Below are positions 12,982 to 27,009 of a stretch of DNA of 61,414 bases, one piece after another. The stretch comes from Girardia tigrina (Eukaryota). Numbering within the stretch: the stretch's first letter is position 1; each line of letters opens with the position of its first letter. A program made the translations under genes and the position numbers. The stretch is from the NCBI GenBank assembly GCA_001938485.1, contig MQRK01220534.1, positions 1-61,414 of the forward strand. The letters are read 5' to 3'. Below the pieces are notes generated by a model that worked only from the letters and a program-made list of their open reading frames with translations, did not search any database and was not told where the DNA came from.

Positions 12982-14196
12982 GAAAAAGATATACACTGTT
13001 AAAGTAATTGATTATTACTTATCAAAAAGTACAGTGTCTCGATGTTCTATCGATAATTGAGTAAGAATAAAAGTGTTGAGGAGGAAGAAACTAGCATTAC
13101 TACTAGATACGTATATAGCCGAGAATGAATGCTACCACAGCAAATATCTGGTTAGTCTTATCAAACTGTAGACTAACAATTTACTATTGAAAATTATCGA
13201 AATAGCATGAAAATGGTTTTGCTACAAATCATGACCTAGTATCTCACAGAAGGAGTCACAGTTGATGCTGGAATAAGAATTTCTGTCGCAAAACACAAAT
13301 TAATAAGATATAATTCTTTCAATTTATTTTTTACGAAAATGTTAGTCTTGATGATCCAAACTGCTATCAACAACGATCTTAAGGTTTTTGCTGTCATAAA
13401 ACATTCTGAATAGACATTCTGAATTAATATTTTAACAATTTATTTAATTCTCCATTTGCTCAGATAATAAGATTCAAGCCATTAATTAATTAAACATATG
13501 AAATCTGACAAAATCTTTGACAAAGATTGTCTTGAGGAGCATCAAACTTATTATAATAATAAAAATATTAAGCTATATTGATGTTTTTAATAATCTCAAA
13601 GAAAGTTTAAATATAACAAAAGGAATAATTCTCTTTTGGTACATATATCTAATGTTTATATGTATAAAAGATAAAATCGTGTCAATAAATAGATTGAAAA
13701 AGAATAAACAAGAGTTAACGGATAAAATTTATTGTTAAGAGTAACTTTGTTCTTTTTAGAACATTGCAGTTTTAAGAGTTCTTTAGGGCCTTTTTCGTTA
13801 GTAATATGTTTGGGGTCTTTGAGAATTTTTTTGCATTCATAGCATTTCTAAACTTATTAGAAAGAGGGTTAAAATGTCGACACATTCAATTGGTATTTGA
13901 TATAAATTGATGATTATTAAAATTTTTAGTCCCTAAAACTGATGGATCTCGAAATATTGTGTACTGTGTACATATACATTTTTATAATTAAATTGTCGAA
14001 ACAATAAAAAAAGAGGACAATGAAAATATTTGGTTAAACACTCAAGGAGTAATTGTCATAATATATTAATTGTAATGCTAATTAGTTAAATATAATGATA
14101 TTTTTGATACTTATGTAGTCACTAATTCTCCAATTCAATATATCTTAAAATTTTAAATTGTGCTTTGCATATAAAAATATGATTTTCTAAAATGCA

Positions 14197-14590
14197 ATGA
14201 CGGGAGCATCTATTCGTGACCGGTGAGTTGCACTATTTCTATTACAAATCATTCTGTTTCCTTACAGTGCACGAGATATATTGTGCAGTGATATTCCCAA
14301 ATCGTTAACTGTTTCATTGTGTCAAACTGTCTGCGATTTCAATTCTAATTCTAAATACATAAGATTCATGCGACATTAATTAAAAACCAAATCGAAAATT
14401 TGTGGATGTGGATCATTATGCGCTTCATTATAAGCGGCAGTTAAATCTCGTTGAATATATATTCTTCAAATCATAAAGTAATTATAGTTTTGCCAGACAT
14501 CTTGATAGTTTCCTTACGTCGATGTAACACAGAACCAGTTACTCATAATCAGTCATTTTCGATCCTCATTTAACAACTGATATGCAATAA
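14197..14590 (+). pseudogene. Disabled intron-containing gene fragment of unknown identity
   Basis: ATG at 14197 and a clean 45-nt intron GTGAGT...TTCCTTACAG (14223-14267). Spliced frame MTGASIRDRARDILCSDIPKSL... then stops and frameshifts. Confidence 0.4.
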
Positions 14591-14603
14591 ATGTTAATAT
14601 GTA

Positions 14604-15105
14604 TATTAAGAACATTGAGACAATTCTCATTTGAATTTTTATTAATATCACATTTAGAGTCATTGACTCTCAAAAGATCGTTTGATATCGCTCTAATTGT
14701 TTTTCTTCTATTTTTAATCATGATTATTCGAACAATTTTTCTAAATCTTTTTAAAATATTTAATTTTTAAAAATATTGTATAAAAATAATAATTTAAATC
14801 ATTTCTAAATAAAAATACAAAATTATAAAAATGACTTTAATTTAAATGTTATTAAATTTATTAAAATTTAATTAAATGCTTTTCTTGTCTTAAAAATATT
14901 AAACTTAATTTAAATTGTAAATTAAAAAATATCAACTTATTAAATTATTATTTTAATTATGTTCGAATAGTCAATCACTTTAAATTAAAATAAAATACCA
15001 ATTTCCATCTGGGTGGGAGAAGCACCATTCTAAGTTCAGCATACTCAAATCAACATACAGCATCAAAACATTCACACATCCAAACAATTTAAAATATTCC
15101 TCACA
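14604..15105 (-). mobile_element. Solo LTR with 5-bp TSD ATGTA
   Basis: Homologous along its length to 47209-47635. Termini TATTAAGAAC...AATATTCCTCACA; ATGTA at 14599-14603 and 15106-15110. Confidence 0.85.
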
Positions 15106-15852
15106 ATGTATGTAAATGAATAAAATAGGAATACAAATTTAATGTTCTATAAAATAATAATTATTATTAACAAAAAAATTATTAATGTTATTTGTAGAAT
15201 TTGATAAATTATTGCTTAAATCTCAAATATTTATTTTATTCCCCAATAGCTTCAAATAAGTATTTCCACAAAATTATAAATTATAACTAATAAATGACAT
15301 TCGAACAATGGTTAAATATAATATAAGATTATTAATTTAAAAACTTCAAATAATACCATTGAAATTATTCGTCGGGGAGATGCACCAATACTCATTAATT
15401 GCATAGATAGACTGAGAATCAGACAAACAAACAATAGTTGAGAAATTCTTTTGAAGAAACATTAATTACAGATTTGAAGATGTTATTATATCCAACCATA
15501 GATTATAATAATGATAATAATAATTTTATTTGTAACTATTTTAAGAATAATTGCCATTTGACCTTTGCATGAAATGGAAAAAATCTAATTAAATTTGGGG
15601 ATGATTCACGTTGGAACGTTACATTATTTCATGTTGTTTTTTTCCGAATATCAGTCAATCATTAACGAACATCGTCAGGCAAAATGGGTAAAAAAATCTA
15701 AGGAATTTGTGTAGCGTTTGAGAATAATGGAAATGAAATAAAATTAATCGGAGTTTTTAAAACGAAAAAAAAATCTGCAAAGATTTTCGACAGAAATGTT
15801 TTTTAAAAAGGATTGTGAAGAATATTTTTGAATGGTACTTGTTCCAGTTTGA

Positions 15853-15898
<46 letters not shown>

Positions 15899-16129
15899 TA
15901 AAAAGTTAAAAAGAAAAAAGTTCAAAATAATTGCGTTAAAATATAATTTTAAATATATGGATTTGTATTTTATTTTGTTTTTAAAATGAAAATTTTGTTA
16001 AAAAAACAATTATTCTGGAAAAAAATCCTGATGTGCATTGTTTAAATAATTGAAATAAACAGTGCGGTTTTGTTTTGTCATTTTTTGGCGATATCGTGTT
16101 ATAATTGAATTTGCTATTGCCGAGTCGTT

Positions 16130-17419
16130 GTGTTTGCATTTAATTCACCGGAACAGAATTTCCAGTTGCTTTTTGTTCGATTTTACAGTCAGAAATTCAA
16201 GAAAATTTTAATTAATTATAAACAAGTGGCCGATTTTTGTGATACCATCGAATATTTGAATGCCGTTGAGCAGAGTAAAGAAATCAATAGTGCATTTGAA
16301 GCAGCATTGATCGCTCGATTCCATTTCGCTCATGCGCAAAATATCGGTGAATGCAAATTGTTTCGTGGCTGCGGATACAATTGCGAATCGAAATTGATTT
16401 GTTCGATCGATAATAACGAAATTATGAAAATATGCATAAACGATATTATTATCGTGTGTTTCTGATGACGGTTCTGATCTGATTTCGGTTTCATATTTGT
16501 CGATTAGTTAGGCATCGAATCAATTACTCGTGGCTGTTCTGTTCACGCACTCGCTCTCAGTCATGGAAGTAAACTGTAGCCAAGAGAACGGCTCTGTAAT
16601 TAGTAACTGTTATGAGATTATTCTCGCGGATCTACTGATTAATATTGATTAAAATGACAATAAACCTCATGTGCTTTTCCCATCGGACCATGTGAATTTG
16701 TTCATCATTGATAGTGAGAATCAGTTATGGATTTTCAATTATTTAACGCGTTGTCTGTGTGGTAAATTGACAGCCGATGATGAACATTGCTTCTACATGA
16801 AGAATTGTGTGTCTGGAGCGGCTGATTCCACCTGTAATGATACTATTGTTTGTTAATAGAATCCATAGATTCAAGAGTCTCCTCGCGACTTGATTTAATC
16901 TCATTCCCCAAATTAAACAAAATCGAAAGCTTCTCAATCTCGAAAAATTCAGTAGTGTTTCCGAATTGTCGTGCTGGCGATCCGAGACTGATTATTTCAT
17001 GTCCGTGCGATCAATCTGAACTGAGGTCTATCAGTCGCCTCGATCCCAATCTCAAATTACAAGAGATAATGTCATCTGAAATAGTCTCTATTGAAAAACT
17101 AAAACATCTGGTGTTTGTGTGGAAGACAAACGAAGCGCCATTGAGCAGTGAGGAACAATTGGTGCTTCTTGATTGTGTCAAAGAGATAAAGACTTATTTC
17201 AATCGCGAAATATTCACGCAGCGGTCACTTATCACAATTTCATCGATGCCGCACGAAAAGTTACTACTGAACAATATGAAAGAACAGAGAAAAACATTGG
17301 TCCAGCACAAAATTTTCAAATCATGCGTCAACAGTACTTTTTGCATGTTGTTCGGTATTTTGTTTTTTAGGATGGTGTTTCGCCCACCCAGACGAAAGAT
17401 TAATATTTTAAATATTTAA
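16130..17419 (+). pseudogene. Disabled host-gene copy; weak resemblance to the KNTC1/Rod N-terminal region
   Basis: Three consecutive ORF pieces joined by frameshifts and in-frame stops, raised GC, no TE motifs. LRSISRLDPNLKLQEIM loosely recalls KNTC1 LRCLTEALPENRLSRLL. Identity is uncertain. Confidence 0.5.
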
Positions 17420-18551
17420 AAACGTCGGATTATTTAATCAATTTAAAAAATTAAATAACAACTTCAAAAATTAAATTAATATATCATAAATAATATATTT
17501 AAAATATTTTTTTAATAATTAAAATTGTCTTGTAATTTTAATCATAAATTATTTTGAAATTGAATTGTAAATAAATCGTAAGTTAAAATTTTTTTAATAA
17601 TAAGACGTTTTATAGAATTAAAAAAATATCAATCAAGAACGATGATTATTTACAAAAGGTTTTTGGAGAATTGTCCTAGTGACAATTCAAATTATGATAT
17701 CAATAAATGTAGTGAAAATCCAATTAGTCTTCTTATAAGGGATGAAGCACATTTCATTTTCGTTGGGATAGTTGAAGAAAATTCAAGTAACTTTTATCAG
17801 TCTAGTTGGAATCTCAAATAAGCGCTCGAAACCTCCTGGGAAGATTTTCTGTCTGAGCACTTAAATATTTTATTTGAAAAAGAAAAGAAGTTTATCTCCG
17901 ATGAGCAGAATTATTCTACTAATCTATTTTTGACCTTCAAATCTCATTTGGTGAGAACCAACATCAAATAAAGTCAAAGGTAAAAGGAAAATATATGAAA
18001 AATAGGAGAATAAATATGAGATATTCTCTTTCCTTCCTAATTAAGATAAAAACTCAGTAATTAAAAATTCCATTAAAAATATAATTGATAAATTAATATT
18101 ATACCTTCAATATTTTAAAAATTAATTTTCATTCTATTTTTCACAACAAAGATGTTATAATTGCTTCCTTAACAATTATGACAAAAATATTTCAATTCGT
18201 TTACTGATGCATAAATAAATCTAATGATACCCTGAATTGAGGAATATTTTTCAAGGGAAGACACATTCCGATAAACTTGTCCTTTAGTAAACATTAAATA
18301 AAGTTTTAAAAGTTTGTAAACATTTAGTGTGAAGACAAAATCGCTAAAAGAATTACAAGTTTGCTTTTTTTTCAATTTGAATACAGTATTCTGTGGAACA
18401 ATTTAATCCCCCTTTAGTATAATAAATAAATAAATAATATTATTTGTATATTTCACTCGATGTATGAGGGATGTCAAATTTGATAAATTCTAATAATGTT
18501 TAAACAATTATTATAATGTTTTGTATAGTATCGGTTTGGCACAGCTTTTAA

Positions 18552-18633
18552 CCTTCATCCGTCCCTTAAATCGACTGTACACTAAAAAGACTGTACACTT
18601 CGGGTTGAAAAAGACCAGAGGGACGGATGAAGG
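18552..18633. mobile_element. 82-bp piggyBac-type mini-element
   Basis: TTAA-CCTTCATCCGTCCCT ... AGGGACGGATGAAGG-TTAA: perfect 15-bp TIRs and a TTAA TSD. Confidence 0.85.
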
Positions 18634-19929
18634 TTAATAAAACTAGTTTTGTGAGCTTTGCGAAATTTATAAAACTTAAACGAGTAATTTTTTAAAAAGT
18701 TTTAGAAGGCAACAGAACGTCCTATGTATGAGGAGGTAATTAATTTTTGGTTCACTGATCAAAATTTAAATAGTTTTAAAAAAGATTTTTTGAATTAAAA
18801 TCAAATTGAAATTTTAAAAATTAATTAAGTATTTCAGATTCGAATTTAAAAAACATTCTTTATTAAAAATTTCATTAATATTTGTAAAAATATATTTTCT
18901 AATTTTGAATTAATTTAATGATATGATTAAAAGATTAAATATTTAAAAAAAATAAAAGATTGAATATTAAATATAACGTATTTTCAAAATTTCTAAAATA
19001 ATAAAATATTAAACATGGTTTTTTAAAAAAACAACGCAAAATTAAAAAAACAGCATATAAGATTTCAATTGAAAAACAAAATTATAAAAACAGTAAAAAA
19101 AGATTAAAGTAAAATAACATATTTAAACATTAAATATTCATTTTGATAAATATATTTTGTTTAAAAATTTTAAAAAGTTGAATGTTGTTTTGAATTGATT
19201 AAAATTATAAAGGGATGAAAAATTATTCGTAAATAGAGATATCGGATTAATTATTAATTAGAAAAATAGTTGGAAAATTCGTTTGAAAGTTGTTATATAA
19301 TAAAGATATAATTTGAGTACAATGAATTCTGATATTGACGTCACAAATATTTCTCACAATATGTATACAAGCTACTTTAGGAGACTACTTCATCATTTAT
19401 TTCTGTGATTAAGGGAATTATACTTGAGTATTGTTAAAGAAAAGTTGAGAATTTTAATTCCAAAATACAAGTACATGAGATATAGTGTTTTCTAACAAAG
19501 ATACATTATAAAAAATTAATAATAGTAATTTTTGTTTATAATTTCTGTAATATTTTGTAATTGATTCTCCAAAAATAATGACATCATTTTACTAAATTGA
19601 AAAAACCTATTTTTTCACGAATTCAGTCGTGATCTATTGTTTGATTTTATTAAGAACTATAAGGAATAGTGAGACTGAGGATTACTCACTATCTTCACCC
19701 TCAACTGTTTTAAGTAACATCTCTCGCTCGGTTGAGGATTAATTAGATTTATAATTCCTGAGACTCGGCCAGTCCCAATTTGACAAAAAATCAAAAAGTA
19801 AATTATGCCATGATTCACTCCTCTTCTAAAACACTGATCAACAGACAAGTAATACATTAACATAATCATAAACTTGGTGATCATTACTACGTAAAATCTT
19901 TAAAAAGCAACATGAGATAATAATAATAA

Positions 19930-20280
19930 TAATATTTTTTACATTCAAAATTTGAAAGCTAAATGAAAATATTTATTAATTTCGACGGTTTAACCGTCAT
20001 CGTCAGAACGAATGATTTTTCAAACGAAATTTACCGATATAGTGCAGTTAATGATTATGCAATTAATACGTAATCAGTACATGATTAAAATTATAAAGGG
20101 ATGAAAAATTAAATTAAATTAAAACTCTCTAACAAAGGAAGCTATTGATAAATTAATTGACAAAAAAAGTAATACTAAAATTTTAGATGTTCAAGATCAA
20201 GAGCAATCTTGCAACACTAATGATAAACGTTTGGGAATTGGTTATGTGTTAACTGTGCCATATTCAGAGGGGTTTAAAAT
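19930..20280. mobile_element. Penelope-like remnant (family B): minus-strand 3' tail plus a plus-strand linker fragment
   Basis: Minus-strand hammerhead core at ~19964-20022. The plus strand encodes GIGYVLTVPYSEGFK (cf. YLKIPYSEG in the 27 kb Penelope). Confidence 0.7.
19964..20022 (-). ncRNA. Minimal type I hammerhead ribozyme motif
   Basis: CUGACGA-U-GACGG-UUAAA-CCGUC-GAAA with a palindromic mini stem III (AUUAAU) and an interrupted stem I (UGAAAA/UUUUCA). Confidence 0.7.
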
Positions 20281-23200
20281 ATTTCGGGTAGTCTTCTCGT
20301 CTTGGTTTACCACTGCGCTCAAGCTGATATACCTACTAAATTGATCGATTATTGCTAAAATGTATTGGTATCCATTCCTAGTCCTTCTGAATGACCCGCA
20401 AAAGTCGATGTAAATTTTTTGAAATGGTTCGTCGGCAGATTGTTTAATGTGTTTTTCTTTCGTTTTTGCTGTCAGCGTCTTCCTTTTCTGGCAGTTTGCG
20501 CAACTTTGTACGATTTTCGTTATCTGCTGTCTTATTTCATACATATTGAAATCATCTTTTATGTAATTGTATACTTTCTTACTTCCTTTTTATGTATATT
20601 ATGTATATTTTATGTATATCTTCTATTAAGTCTGTTCTCTTATTCATAGGGATCCAATATTTGTTATCTCTTGTCGTCACGATATTGTTTTTCAGTAGCC
20701 ATTCTTTTGTCTTTCCCATTCTAATATTTTCTTTAATCTGTTCTATTTCTTCATCATTCATCTGCCAAATGAACTCTTCTGAATCTTCAGTTAATGCAAG
20801 TATTCTAGTTTTAACTTTTCCTTTTTAGCGTCATCGTGCATTGTCTGATATTGTACACATAGTTTATATGTATTTCTTGACATTGCATCTGCATTAGTGT
20901 GTTTTTCACCCTTGCGGTATTCCATCCTCATGTCTAGTCCACTAAGGAAGTTTATCCAAGTTTGGTATGGTGGAGTTATTTGGTTCTTCGTTGTCATCAT
21001 GAATGTGATGGCCTAATGGTCCGTTCTAAGTAGAAACTTCTTTACGTATAAGAAATGTTTGAAGTATTGGGTAAAGTAATAGATTGCCAATAATTATTTT
21101 CTTGTAATACAGTATCCAAGTTCGTGTTTGTTCATCTTGTGGGATCCATATGCAATTACCCTTTCTCTTTCGTATGCATCCTTCTGTGCAAGTACTGCCC
21201 CGATTGTATCAAAACTGGCGTCTGTATCCAATATAAACTCCTTTTCAAAATCTGGATATGCTAGGATTAGTGTTTTTGTCATTTTATCTTTTAATGTCTG
21301 AAATGCTTCATCACATTCCTTTGTCCATGTCAATTTTTTATTTTTATTTTTTCCACATAGCCCTTCCAGTATTTTTGAATATTTTGCATAATACTTCAAA
21401 AATTTTCTATAATAGTTCGTTAGCCCCTAGAAACTTCTTAAATGTTTAATGCATGAAGGATTTTGAAATTTTTCGATTGCTTCAATTTTCATTTTATCCG
21501 TCTCTATACCATCTTTGCTCACGACATATCCTAAAAATTTTGTCTTTTCTACCATGAATTGACACCTTTCAGGGTTTATACGAAGGCCCGATTCTTTAAT
21601 CTTTTGAAATATATGTTCGAATCGACTGAAATGTTCTTCTTTGTCTTTTGCGAAGATTAGAATATCATCCAGGTATACAACTGCTTCTTTCCAGTTTAAT
21701 TCTCCTAACACTCTTGTCATTAGTTCTTGAAATGTCACTGGGGCAGCTGCAATTCCGAATGGTATTCTTTTAAAACAATATTGGCCGTTCTTGGTCGAAA
21801 ATTTAGTTTTTATTTTTGAATCGTTCTCCAATTCAACTTAATGATATGCACTCTCCAAGTCGATCGTGCTGAAGTATTTCGCTCCATTTAATGTATTAGC
21901 ATTTCTTCTACATTTGGCATTGGAAATGCTGGTCTGATTGTGACTTTATATAATTATCTAAAATCAACACATACTCGGATATCCTGTTTGCCTTTTTTCC
22001 ATACGCATACTAGAGGGAAATTCCACAGCGAACTACATTTTTCAATGATATCATTTTCCCCGTAATTCTTGATAATATCACCTAGTTTTTCCTCAAAGTG
22101 TTTTGGCTGTCGGTACGGTTTTACTAATACTGATTATCCTTGCGTTTCAATTTTATGCTTAGTTAGTGTGGTCTTCCCGATATCCCTGTCCGCCATAAAT
22201 ATCGTTTTATAATCTATTAGTAATTTCATTAATGGTTCATCTATCTTATCTGCGTATATTTCCCTTATTCTTTTAAGTCTGTCTCTGTCAGTTAAAGTTT
22301 CGCGTATTACCAGCACTCCTTCGTTGTATCCTGTTTCTTTCTTTAGTTTTATGCTGAATTTATTTTGAAAATCTATTCCTGCAATCATTTCGGGTTCCAA
22401 ATCTTTTACCACAAAAAGTCCACTGTTTTCTGTATTCTTTCAATCTTAATCTTTAGTTGAACTATTCCGTAATAACGTAATAATCATAATAACGTCTTTT
22501 TGTCTCCTTTATTCTGACATTTTTCATATTTTTGAGTACGTCTGACTTTATTAAATTGACTCGTGCTCCCGTATCCAATAGACATCGCACTTTTCTATTC
22601 TTTATTTGAAATTCTATACTCTGTCTCCCTTTCAGTTCTTCGTATTCTATTTTAAATTTTGATATTTTCATTATATCTGTGATTTTTTCTTCATCTTTTC
22701 CTGTGATAAAGCTGTCACATTTCTTATTAGGTATTTCGTTTTCACCATCTAATAAACACAAATCCTGAGGAATATTTTCAACAGCATCCCATACACAACA
22801 TACGTTATCATACAAGCAATCATTCGTACAGTCAAACACGCACATACATTCGTTTCTGAGTGCAGTGCACTAATCACTTCTACCTGTGATCATGCCTCCT
22901 CGTTTCCCTGTTCGTCTCTGAAATTTTTCTTGTTTGAAATATTTTCTCTTCTTGTTAGACTTCCTCTTTTATTCGATCTTTCTGACATTCTTTCCCACTC
23001 GTCATCGAAGTCTTCTAGTTCTGCTACTTGGTCTCTTCTATTTTTATATCCCATCCGACCTCTGTACTGTGTGTTTGTATATTCGTTTCAGTCATTTCTT
23101 CTATTCCTTGTATCTTCTCTTCCAGATTGTTCGCGCTCTCTAAATCTGTTTAGATTCTCATAACATTGTGTTCTTACATGCCCTTTTTTATTACAATGGT

Positions 23201-24131
23201 TGTATTTAACATTTGGGCATTACCGTCTCACATGTCCTTCTTCATGGCAGGCCCGACATATGATCCTTCTCACTTTAAAATTTCTTCTTGGTTCTTCAAT
23301 TTTTCGCTCTTCGTATCTTGGTATCGGTCTTCTTGTTCTATATTCTACTTTCATCCATTCTTTATTTTCCTTTGTCGTGTATGCGTCCACTCTTATATTC
23401 CTGTCTTTCAGCTCAAATTCGTAAATTTTCTCCTGAATATTCTTTATATCTTCTGCTTTTGTGGCATTTCTCAGAGTCATTTCTCTTTTTACTTCTCTAT
23501 CTTCGATGGCGTTGGCGTACGCTAGATCTGAAAGTTCCTTTTTTCCTAATTTTTTTCTCAACTAGTTTCTCCACTAGTTCATCAATCTTTATAAATACTT
23601 CTGATTGATTTTTATTCCCGATTCTAATCTCTACAAGCTCCTTCATTATCTCTAAAATATTTTTCTCTTTCGAGAATGAATTTCTCATTCTTGTTTCCCA
23701 GCTGTTTCTCATATTTGTTTATCGCTTCTGGGGTCATGAATGCTGTAACTAATATTAAGAAAATAACTATATAAGGAAATTCCCAAATCATTTTTGATTA
23801 ATTAATTAAACAATTTCCACAAATAATTTAAATAAATGCTGTCAATTTATTTAATTGATAATTCTTGTATTGAAAGAATAAGAATGTAAACTAAAATTTA
23901 CATTGCAACAACAAAATAAATGCTATTTTTCCTATTGAACCTTTTGCGGTCGCGTGTCCGGCCATACTCGACAAATCGATATTGTAATTGCCACATACGA
24001 CCGCGAAAGACTAAAGAACAAAACAACGACTTTTATAGCTACTTCAATAGAAAATTTTACTAAATCTTAAATATACTTAAAGTGCTATTTTCTTAGAAGG
24101 AAAATGTTAATAAAAACAATGGACACCAACA
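20281..24131 (-). mobile_element. Ty3/Gypsy LTR retrotransposon (lineage B), gag-pol with many lesions, truncated in integrase
   Basis: gag with zinc knuckles (CRACHEEGH...), protease LLDTGA, RT PFGIAAAP/YLDD, RNase H ILDTDAS...NADAMSR, integrase CANC/YIDFCG/IIDQFSR. Domain order PR-RT-RH-IN. Candidate 5' LTR ~23744-24131. Confidence 0.93.
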
Positions 24132-24198
24132 GTATTAAAGCTAAATAGTTTAGTAATTGAGCTATACTAAAGGTTGGAAATATAGTGATAATTTAATA

Positions 24199-24561
24199 CT
24201 CTAAAATTTCCAATAATCCCTCTGGAGGATTATTCTATTTTTTTAAAAAGTTGGAAAAACAAGGGCATGAGGGATTATTAGAAATTTTTAAAAATCAAAA
24301 AAAAATGTTTAGAAAATCAAATTTATTCATCAATTTCTGAATAGCTAGATTCCAAATAGTCCTCACCATCAAGAACTTTATGATTTATACTAGCACAACA
24401 TTTTGTTCTAAATTTGATACCAAATTGTGCATCTTTGGTAATGAGCAAGCTCATTCCTTCATTTTCAGCGTGGGGAATTGTTAGAAGTGGGGGATTATTC
24501 TCGAGAAAACAATTTGATCAGAAAAAATAGCTGTACTGGGGGATTATTAGAAGTTTTAGAG
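24199..24561. mobile_element. TA-flanked MITE
   Basis: TIRs CTCTAAAATTTCCAATAATCCC / GGGATTATTAGAAGTTTTAGAG, TA flanks, internal repeats of GGATTATT. Confidence 0.7.
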
Positions 24562-24569
24562 TACAAATG

Positions 24570-25300
24570 TACATGAACGAATTAAAGATTTTACATCTAT
24601 GGTACTGTTTATAAAAAGAAGATACGATAATTCCTGAGAGTTCAAAACATATTGTACGACATATAAAATCTTGAATGTTTCTGGAACTTTAGAAAGATAA
24701 AATTTTTAACTACTAATTTCTAGACAACCAACGTTCCCGATTATGTATTCAAGATTGGGTAACAGTTCAATACTGGGTAAAAACTTCGGGAATAATTATA
24801 ATATCTATATATTTGAAAATTATCTAAGTATTTTTTGGAGTCTTTAAAAATTGTAGAGCCAAAAAGAAGGTTCAAGATATAAAAACAGATTTAGAAAAGC
24901 TCTGAAGTTATAAAGCTTGATAATAAAGGAAGAAAGAATTTCAGAAGATATTTGAAAAGCAACTTTTTGAAAAAAGAAGAGATCTACGACAAGCTTGCTA
25001 TTTTACACGGACAATTTACAAATTTTTATCAACTGAGTCATTTATGGTTTTCCTAAAAGCATAATTTAATTGCAATTAATATTTATATAAAGATTGAGTT
25101 TTACAAAATTTTTAGAATACATTTTGGTGTGATCATCTTAAAATAGTGGCACAATTTGATACAGCATCATCCGTCTACTTTTCTGAAGCACAAGTTTCTT
25201 AAGGTATCATATTTACGTTGACTAAGTACAAATTAAGCAAATTTTTAGGAGAAAAAGAAGATTTTGTACATCACAGTTTAGCAAATAAATCTAAAAATTT
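24570..25300 (+). mobile_element. Highly decayed gag/protease-like remnant
   Basis: Lys/Glu-rich broken frames and AQFDTASS (protease DTG-like) near 25150. Confidence 0.3.
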
Positions 25301-26282
25301 AAAGATAACATACATATTTTAAAATATAATTTATTTGATTAACTTAACTTTTAACTTGAAATAATCATCAAATTATTTATGAATAAATACTTAAATTCGA
25401 CTATACTTTGCGAAAATGCCAATGAATGTAACCATGAATCAGCCAAGGTACTTTATCACGACTGGATCTCATTGTATACGTTAAGAAGTTTAGTTTATTT
25501 ATTTATTTTCTGTCCAGTTATGATAATGATCATAGTAATAATATGTAATTACCATATGTTATTTTACCTTGTTATTTTATAATATTTTGCACCATCAAAT
25601 GATTATATTATTATATAATTATAATTATATTATTACGTTACATTTTTCGTTTATATAGGTTAGTAAAGAAATTTAGGAAAAGATATAAAAAATTCTACTT
25701 AACAACGCCATTGATAAAATTATGTAAAATTAAATGATGATTGTCGTGTTAGTCAATTTAATTTTTATGTAAATTCCAGTTTGTATGTTTTGAATTTTGT
25801 TATATATAATTTCACTTTTTGTATATAAATGTAAAATTTGAGTGATTTCTTTTATTGTGAATGGAAATTTTAAATTATATGTCTGTAAGTAGCGTTTATG
25901 CATATTTCATTATTATCAAATTCAGAACTCATAATTTAACACCACAATTTATTAATCTAACAACAATTCACATCTTTAAACAATTTTTTCTGTTAATTTA
26001 ATTATCTCGCCACAATTAATCTATTAAATTCTTTTTGATTCAAATTTTAAACTTTAAATTTATTAATTAATTTTCACATTAAAACTAAAAACTTATTTTA
26101 AAATTTATTTTAAAATGTTTCATGATTTCTTTTAAAATATATATATTGTTATGACTGTAAAAAAATTTTATTTATAAATAAATATTTAAACTTTAATGTT
26201 TTTCTTATAATTTTTAATTTTAAGATATTTAATATATACATTAAAAAACTTATTTTTTTTATTTTTAAATAAGTTTCTTTAA

Positions 26283-26965
26283 ATCAAATGGCAATTTCGT
26301 CATTAAACAAAAATAACACCATTTTAATTTTAAATTTGTATTCGAAAACATGTTTTGCCACTTTTGTGGCATCTTCAGTTCTGTATTTAATTAGAAAGTT
26401 ATTGTTTATATAGAAAGATGACCATTACGTCATAATGTGTTACGTCAAAATACTCTAATATCATTGGACGAATCACTTTGCACATTTAGACTAGGTTTAA
26501 AAAACTTTATCAAGAGTGCTTCAGTAATTGTCCTTTCATAATTGTGATCAAAGTTACTAATCAAAACCCGAAAATCATTATCAAATACCCTCCTTTGAGT
26601 TCCATGACATTTCACTATGTNNNNNNNNNNNNNNNNNNNNNNNNNNNNNNNNNNNNNNNNNNNNNNNNNNNNNNNNNNNNNNNNNNNNNNNTCTCCAATG
26701 TACAAGGATTCACACTTGTGACATTTATATTGGTAAACTAAATTTGCTTTCATACCAAATTGTGTTTTAGATTTATTTGAGAAGTAATTAGAAATTTTAT
26801 TAGTTAGGAACAATACTTTAATTGCAACACCTACTGGAGCCTGTTTTTCTAAAATTCGTTTAAAATCCCTAGCACCTTCGGAATATGGAATTTTTAAATA
26901 AAATTTTTTGAATTAATCACTTCCTCAGTTGTATTCAAATTTGTATTAATTTTGTCTTTTGATTA
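26283..26965 (-). mobile_element. Penelope-like element, inverted partial copy (GIY-YIG endonuclease + 3' UTR)
   Basis: ANLVYQYKCHKCESLYIG...ERTITEALLIKFFKPSLNVQ; near-identical reverse complement of 27431-27920. Confidence 0.92.
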
Positions 26966-27009
26966 ATTAATTTACTTGTGAAATTTATTTATGAAATTTA
27001 CTTGAATTA

